From NCBI GenBank assembly GCA_945897695.1, contig CAMDGW010000001.1, positions 1-38,740 of the forward strand: a stretch of DNA of 38,740 bases, read 5' to 3'. Under the pieces are notes generated by a model. That model ran no database searches, was not told the origin of the DNA, and saw only the letters and a list, made by a program, of their open reading frames with translations. The DNA comes from Pseudobacteriovorax antillogorgiicola. Its GTDB lineage: Bacteria; Bdellovibrionota_B; Oligoflexia; Oligoflexales; RGVZ01. Both the position numbers and the translations under genes were made by a program. Below are positions 34,798-38,740 of the stretch, in pieces (position 1 is the first letter of the stretch; each line of letters starts with the position of its first letter).

Positions 34798-35469
34798 AAA
34801 TCCAGGTAGATTGATAAACCACCCGTTCAACAGAGCCTCTCCCACATCGGCGCAGCAGGCTTTGGCTCCCGCAGCTAACATTTCTTTGGCTGTATTTTGT
34901 GTGAGTACGCCGATCGGATACATTCCTGCTCTAACAGCGGCCCTAAGTCCGTGAGGGCTGTCTTCAAACACCATGACTTGCGGGTGACTCAGGACAGAAA
35001 CTCCAAGAGCCTTTGCACATTTTAAAAAAACATCTGGTTCAGGCTTTGGTCGAGCCACGTCGTCAACTCCGAACTTGATCTCCACCGACAGTCCGCAGCG
35101 CTCGAGGGTGTTTTCAATAAAAGATCTTGGTGCATTACTTGCAATTCCAAATGGAAGACCGTTTTTTTTTAGCCATGTGAACGTTTCTGAAATGCCAGGA
35201 AGTAGCTGAATGGTCTGAAAGTTTTGGCGCAGAGCTTCGCGCTTGAGATCTGCTAGTTGTTCTTTGAGTTCAGGACGTCCAACCCGCGTTACGAGAATAT
35301 CAGCAATCGCGATGGTGGATCGACCCGCAAGTCCTGTTGTGTCAGTAAGCTCTTCTTGGAAAAGCTCCATGAAAGCTATTTGCCATGCCTTAAGGTGAAC
35401 AGATAAGCTATCTACAACGACTCCGTCAAAATCAAAAATAACTCCGGCAGGAGATAGGGTACTTTTCAT
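34780..35469 (-). CDS. HAD-IA family hydrolase (beta-phosphoglucomutase-like)
   Basis: Motif I IFDFDGVVVDS, motif II GIASNA and motif IV FEDSPHGLRAA. The start is ambiguous (ATG 35469, ATG 35517 or GTG 35523). The 3' end overlaps copA by 18 nt. Confidence 0.8.
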   Translation of the reverse strand: MKSTLSPAGVIFDFDGVVVDSLSVHLKAWQIAFMELFQEELTDTTGLAGRSTIAIADILVTRVGRPELKEQLADLKREALRQNFQTIQLLPGISETFTWLKKNGLPFGIASNAPRSFIENTLERCGLSVEIKFGVDDVARPKPEPDVFLKCAKALGVSVLSHPQVMVFEDSPHGLRAAVRAGMYPIGVLTQNTAKEMLAAGAKACCADVGEALLNGWFINLPGFSTSQP

Positions 35470-36040
35470 GCCATTTAGATCCTCATCAATAAAAAAAATT
35501 ACCCGCTTCCTGGTCATTTTCACATTAATCTGCGTTCCCGTCGACCAGTGGTCAAAAGCTATGAGCCACGAGTCTTTCCTGATTCACGAAGATGCTTCTG
35601 ATACGACAATCTACCAAGGAAAGCGATTTGAAGTTTTAAGCGTGGGAGATGACAAAGCTTGGATGACTTTAAATTTAACTTACGTGAGAAATCACGGGGC
35701 CTCATGGGGTCTGATGAGAGAACTTCCAAATGCTTTCCGTCGTGTGGTTTTACTTTCCCTGGGCCTCATTTTTTCAATGCTGCTTTGTTTGGCAGCCATA
35801 AAATTTGACGAAAATGGGAGTAGTAGCCTGGCGGCCGCCCTTGTGCTCATGGTTGCTGGATCTTTCGGCAACCTGATTGACCGTGTCCGCCTGGGTTACG
35901 TGATTGACTTCATCACGGTAAGGGGCGCACTTGGCAGCAAAACTTGGGCGCTGCCAACCTTTAATGTCGCTGATATGATTATAGTTATTAGCTTATTTTT
36001 GGTAATCACCATGGCGTCTAAAAAAAAGAACACAGTTTGA
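35468..36040 (+). CDS. lspA: Lipoprotein signal peptidase (signal peptidase II)
   Basis: Motifs VDQWSK, NHGASWG, FGNLIDR and FNVADM. Confidence 0.92.
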   Translation: MPFRSSSIKKITRFLVIFTLICVPVDQWSKAMSHESFLIHEDASDTTIYQGKRFEVLSVGDDKAWMTLNLTYVRNHGASWGLMRELPNAFRRVVLLSLGLIFSMLLCLAAIKFDENGSSSLAAALVLMVAGSFGNLIDRVRLGYVIDFITVRGALGSKTWALPTFNVADMIIVISLFLVITMASKKKNTV

Positions 36041-36101
36041 CCTCATGAATTACTGATCTCAAGTCGACCGAACTGATAGAATAATAAGTCTGAGACAACT
36101 C

Positions 36102-36119
36102 ACCCAAGACTTGGGTTTT
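36102..36119 (+). terminator. Weak hairpin with a short T-run after lspA
   Basis: acccaa gac ttgggt, a 6-bp stem with a 3-nt loop (36102-36116), then ttt. Short U-tract, so weak. Confidence 0.3.
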
Positions 36120-36134
36120 AGCTGCCGGATTTCT

Positions 36135-38471
36135 ATGACCATTCGCCTCATTAGTTCGAAAACGATTCTCCTGACTTCTGGTTTGATTTTCCTGGGACAG
36201 GCGGGACTTTCGGCAGATTTTCCAGAGGTGATTTATAAGGCGATGGATGAATCTGACTCTCAGATGGCAAGCCTTGAAACGTCGCTCAAATCCTCAGAGA
36301 TGGCGGCAATGGCAAGCGACGAAGAGCGAGCTGTTTTTGCTTTTTCTAAGGGTCTTAGACTTCTAGAAAGTGATTCCAAAGCTGCTACGAAGGCGTTTGA
36401 TGCTGCAAAAAAAATCGTTCCAGAAAAATCTCCTTTTCATGCTTTGATTTCGATCTATCAGGGTCAGGCAACGCTCTCGCCAAAAAATGCCCTCGAAATT
36501 TTAAGTAAGTTAAAACTAATCTCTAAGCGCCAATCCAACACTCAGTACTGGCGGCCTGAGCAATTTAACTTGATGCTCGAGATATTGATGGTGTTAAAAA
36601 GTGACGCACTTCTTGCGAAAACGTGGTCAGAGATGGAGTCTAGAATCAGACCAGCCCAGCGCAGTGATGATCTCGCAAGGAAGGTCGCAAACTACATCGA
36701 ATTACGCCGCATTCATTCGAAATCAAATCTCATCCCTATTGTCGAATCACTGGCGGCCTCGTATCCACATGCAGATACGGCCCGCTGGGCTTTTCAAAAG
36801 CTACAGTCACTGACGTGCGAACGTAAAGACCCGTACGTCTTCAGTTTACCATTGATTAGCCGACTTGCGGGTAATACGAATCTGGACGAAGGTCTTAAAT
36901 TTTTTCTGATTGAGCTCACCAAAGGGCCCGTCAGAACGATGGCAGGTCAGGTAAAGCAATTTGATACCAGTGAGCGTCTTGAATACCTCGTACAGATAAG
37001 GTTTTGGCATGAAGCGCGAAGACTGGCCGAAGAGCAATTAGACTCGGTTAAAGTGAGCGAGTCGTCAGAAGGAAAAATTCGCCTGGCGCGCGCGCTCAAC
37101 ATACTCGGCCAAATCCAGGTGAAACAAGGTGACTTTGAATCTGCTGCAAAGACCTGGAGCCTTTACCTGGTAAAGTTTGGCGGCCAGACGGACTGGAGAC
37201 CTGCGACTGAAAACTTAGCAGACAGCCTTTCAAGGTTAAGGCTTCATGCAGTGGCAGCAAAGATGTATGAGGTTCTTGCGCAGTCGCCGTCTTCTGATCC
37301 TATTTTGAAGTGGCATCATTTCTGGAACATATATCTTTCAGGAAGCCTTAAAGAAGCTTTAGTATTACTTGATCGACCTGGCTATGTCCCTCAAAGAGAT
37401 CGCGGCACTGAAGGTGGACTTGACTATTGGCGGGCAAAAATTCTCGAAAAGATCGGCCAAACCGCCGAGGCAGATACACTCTACAAAAAGATTCTCATGA
37501 ACCATGGTGACAATTTTTATTCGTTAATGGTTCAAGCAAGAAAGCCAAAGTTACTTGAAAGTACGAGAGCACCAAACAGCAGCATCAGCACGGTGTCATT
37601 TGAAGAAAGTAATGAATCAAATGGATTTCAACCAGCGAACGATATACCTGTAACGGAACTGCAGAAGCCAGCCATGGCAGAATCGGACGCCCGAACGGTG
37701 GTGGCATTAAAAAAATGGGGTCAACCACAGATCGCTCGCCGAATTTTCCGCTTACTGCCGACCGTCAATCAAAGAAATGGCCAAAGCACTTGGGTAGAGT
37801 CATTTAAAATGGCTCTAGACCTTAGAGATTTCAGTTACGGATTGAAAGCACCGTCAGTTCCGGACTCACCACTTAGGGCGATTCCGAATTCTGCCCTCCA
37901 TTTGGAAGAGCACATGAGTAAGTACTCTTCAGACTGGAAGATGCTCTACCCGTATGCTTACCGCGACGCTGTTGAGACGTTTGGGGCGGTGGCTGCTATT
38001 GATCCGTTTTTGGTTCTTGGCGTCATGCGCGCTGAGAGCGTCTATGATGTTGATGCAAGAAGTATTGTCGGTGCCCGTGGGCTTATGCAAATCATGCCGT
38101 TTACGGCAGTCAGAATTGCACGCATGATGGCTGATGGTCGATTTGAATTGCCCGACCTCCATCGTCCAGAGGTAAATATCGGCTATGGAGCTTATTATTT
38201 GCGAAAGCTTGCTGATTACTACAAAGGAAACAATCTTTTGGCCGTGGCTGCCTATAACGGTGGGCCGGTTTCGGTAGATCGTTGGGTGCAAGCATACGGA
38301 AATCTTGAAGCTGACGAATTTGTGGAGACGATTCCATTTCGGGAAACACGACGCTACGTCAAATCGGTGCTTAGGAATTTTAATCAATATAAGAATGTTT
38401 GGCAGCAATCCAAGGCACTTGCAGATCTCCCAAAGGTGCCCTCAGAGCTGGATGGCGGCGAAATATTCTAA
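36135..38471 (+). CDS. slt: Soluble lytic murein transglycosylase (Slt70-like; superhelical N-domain plus SLT domain)
   Basis: Signal peptide MTIRLISSKTILLTSGLIFLGQAGLSA. C-terminal SLT motifs MRAESVYD, GLMQIMPFTA and AAYNGGP. The ORF is open from TTG 36111. Confidence 0.88.
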   Translation: MTIRLISSKTILLTSGLIFLGQAGLSADFPEVIYKAMDESDSQMASLETSLKSSEMAAMASDEERAVFAFSKGLRLLESDSKAATKAFDAAKKIVPEKSPFHALISIYQGQATLSPKNALEILSKLKLISKRQSNTQYWRPEQFNLMLEILMVLKSDALLAKTWSEMESRIRPAQRSDDLARKVANYIELRRIHSKSNLIPIVESLAASYPHADTARWAFQKLQSLTCERKDPYVFSLPLISRLAGNTNLDEGLKFFLIELTKGPVRTMAGQVKQFDTSERLEYLVQIRFWHEARRLAEEQLDSVKVSESSEGKIRLARALNILGQIQVKQGDFESAAKTWSLYLVKFGGQTDWRPATENLADSLSRLRLHAVAAKMYEVLAQSPSSDPILKWHHFWNIYLSGSLKEALVLLDRPGYVPQRDRGTEGGLDYWRAKILEKIGQTAEADTLYKKILMNHGDNFYSLMVQARKPKLLESTRAPNSSISTVSFEESNESNGFQPANDIPVTELQKPAMAESDARTVVALKKWGQPQIARRIFRLLPTVNQRNGQSTWVESFKMALDLRDFSYGLKAPSVPDSPLRAIPNSALHLEEHMSKYSSDWKMLYPYAYRDAVETFGAVAAIDPFLVLGVMRAESVYDVDARSIVGARGLMQIMPFTAVRIARMMADGRFELPDLHRPEVNIGYGAYYLRKLADYYKGNNLLAVAAYNGGPVSVDRWVQAYGNLEADEFVETIPFRETRRYVKSVLRNFNQYKNVWQQSKALADLPKVPSELDGGEIF

Positions 38472-38655
38472 TTAATTGGTGCCACCCGACTGTATTCATA
38501 GAGCGCGGCTGGTCACTTTACAACCGACGCTGGTGATTCCACCCGCTCATTCGACACTAATTTTAGTACATGGCCTTTGATGAGCGTTTCAAAGTAACCA
38601 ACTCATCATCGTCGCATCATATATTTTGAACGATCTTTCACGCGGAAGACTATGA

Positions 38656-38740
38656 CGCAAAGCTTGGGCCATCGTCATTGACGAGTATGGCGGAACAGCA
38701 GGAATCATCACTCTGGAGGACATACTTGAAGAAATCGTCG
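38656..38740 (+). pseudogene. Start-less fragment of a CBS-domain / CorC-HlyC (TlyC) family gene, running off the right edge
   Basis: Frame 1 reads RKAWAIVIDEYGGTAGIITLEDILEEIV, the hallmark xAIVxDEYGGxxGxxTxEDxxEEIVG motif at the end of the second CBS domain. An in-frame TGA at 38653-38655 and a TGATGA at 38578-38583 lie just upstream, with no start codon between. Confidence 0.5.

Noticed and set aside
37929-38408. 159-aa minus-strand ORF inside slt
   Set aside because: It is antisense to the SLT catalytic domain (GLMQIMPFTA, AAYNGGP). It has no SD and no motif.
1-38740. Search for CRISPR arrays, IS elements, transposases, integrases, prophage genes, toxin-antitoxin pairs or defence-island genes
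   Set aside because: No spaced direct repeats, no terminal inverted repeats flanking an ORF, and no nuclease, helicase, ATPase, recombinase or reverse-transcriptase-like translations were seen. Apart from the AT-rich spacer at 10150-10260, composition looks uniform by eye. This window looks like core genome.

Overview
This 38.7 kb window looks like ordinary chromosomal core DNA from a diderm (Gram-negative-type) bacterium. Coding density is about 90%. I support 35 protein genes, including one (alaS) that is cut by the left edge, plus a start-less gene fragment at the right edge.

Content, left to right:
- alaS (partial), an FKBP lipoprotein, gshB, pgk-tpiA, a DUF2330-like secreted protein
- three GNAT domains in two divergent genes, trmFO, a TPR protein, a 65-aa orphan
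- a same-strand run of psd, a divergent pyruvate-kinase-like gene, a secreted hypothetical, a CYTH protein and yqeY
- a 784-aa secreted multi-domain protein
- a long minus-strand string: ldcA-mpl, pal, rny-ymdB, a beta-barrel OMP, an argininosuccinate-lyase-like gene, dapA, dapB
- a GT9 glycosyltransferase coupled to murF, an LtaS/sulfatase-family transferase, a CopA-type P1B ATPase, a HAD hydrolase, lspA and an Slt70-like transglycosylase

I found no tRNA or rRNA genes, CRISPR array, transposase, integrase, phage genes or recognisable defence genes. I cannot honestly point to a clear new multi-gene system.

The best leads are modest:
1. A compact peptidoglycan stem-peptide salvage module (ldcA-mpl divergent from GT9-murF), with an unusual 8-cysteine GT9 enzyme.
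2. An argininosuccinate-lyase-fold protein with degenerate catalytic motifs and a lipoprotein signal peptide embedded in frame near its C-terminus, tightly coupled to dapA-dapB.
3. A pyruvate-kinase paralogue with substituted catalytic or cation-binding positions, sitting in an odd five-gene cluster.
4. A P1B ATPase whose metal-binding domain seems to need a non-canonical ATC start.
5. A terminator-like leader directly upstream of rny.
6. A start-less CorC/CBS gene fragment at the right edge.

The combination of RNase Y-YmdB, TrmFO and Pal with a G+C content that looks mid-40s percent by eye (not counted) vaguely suggests a Bdellovibrionota- or Oligoflexia-like organism, but that is weak inference. 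All family names come from reading the translations against motifs I remember. No searches were run, and start codons were chosen by eye from Shine-Dalgarno (SD) spacing.
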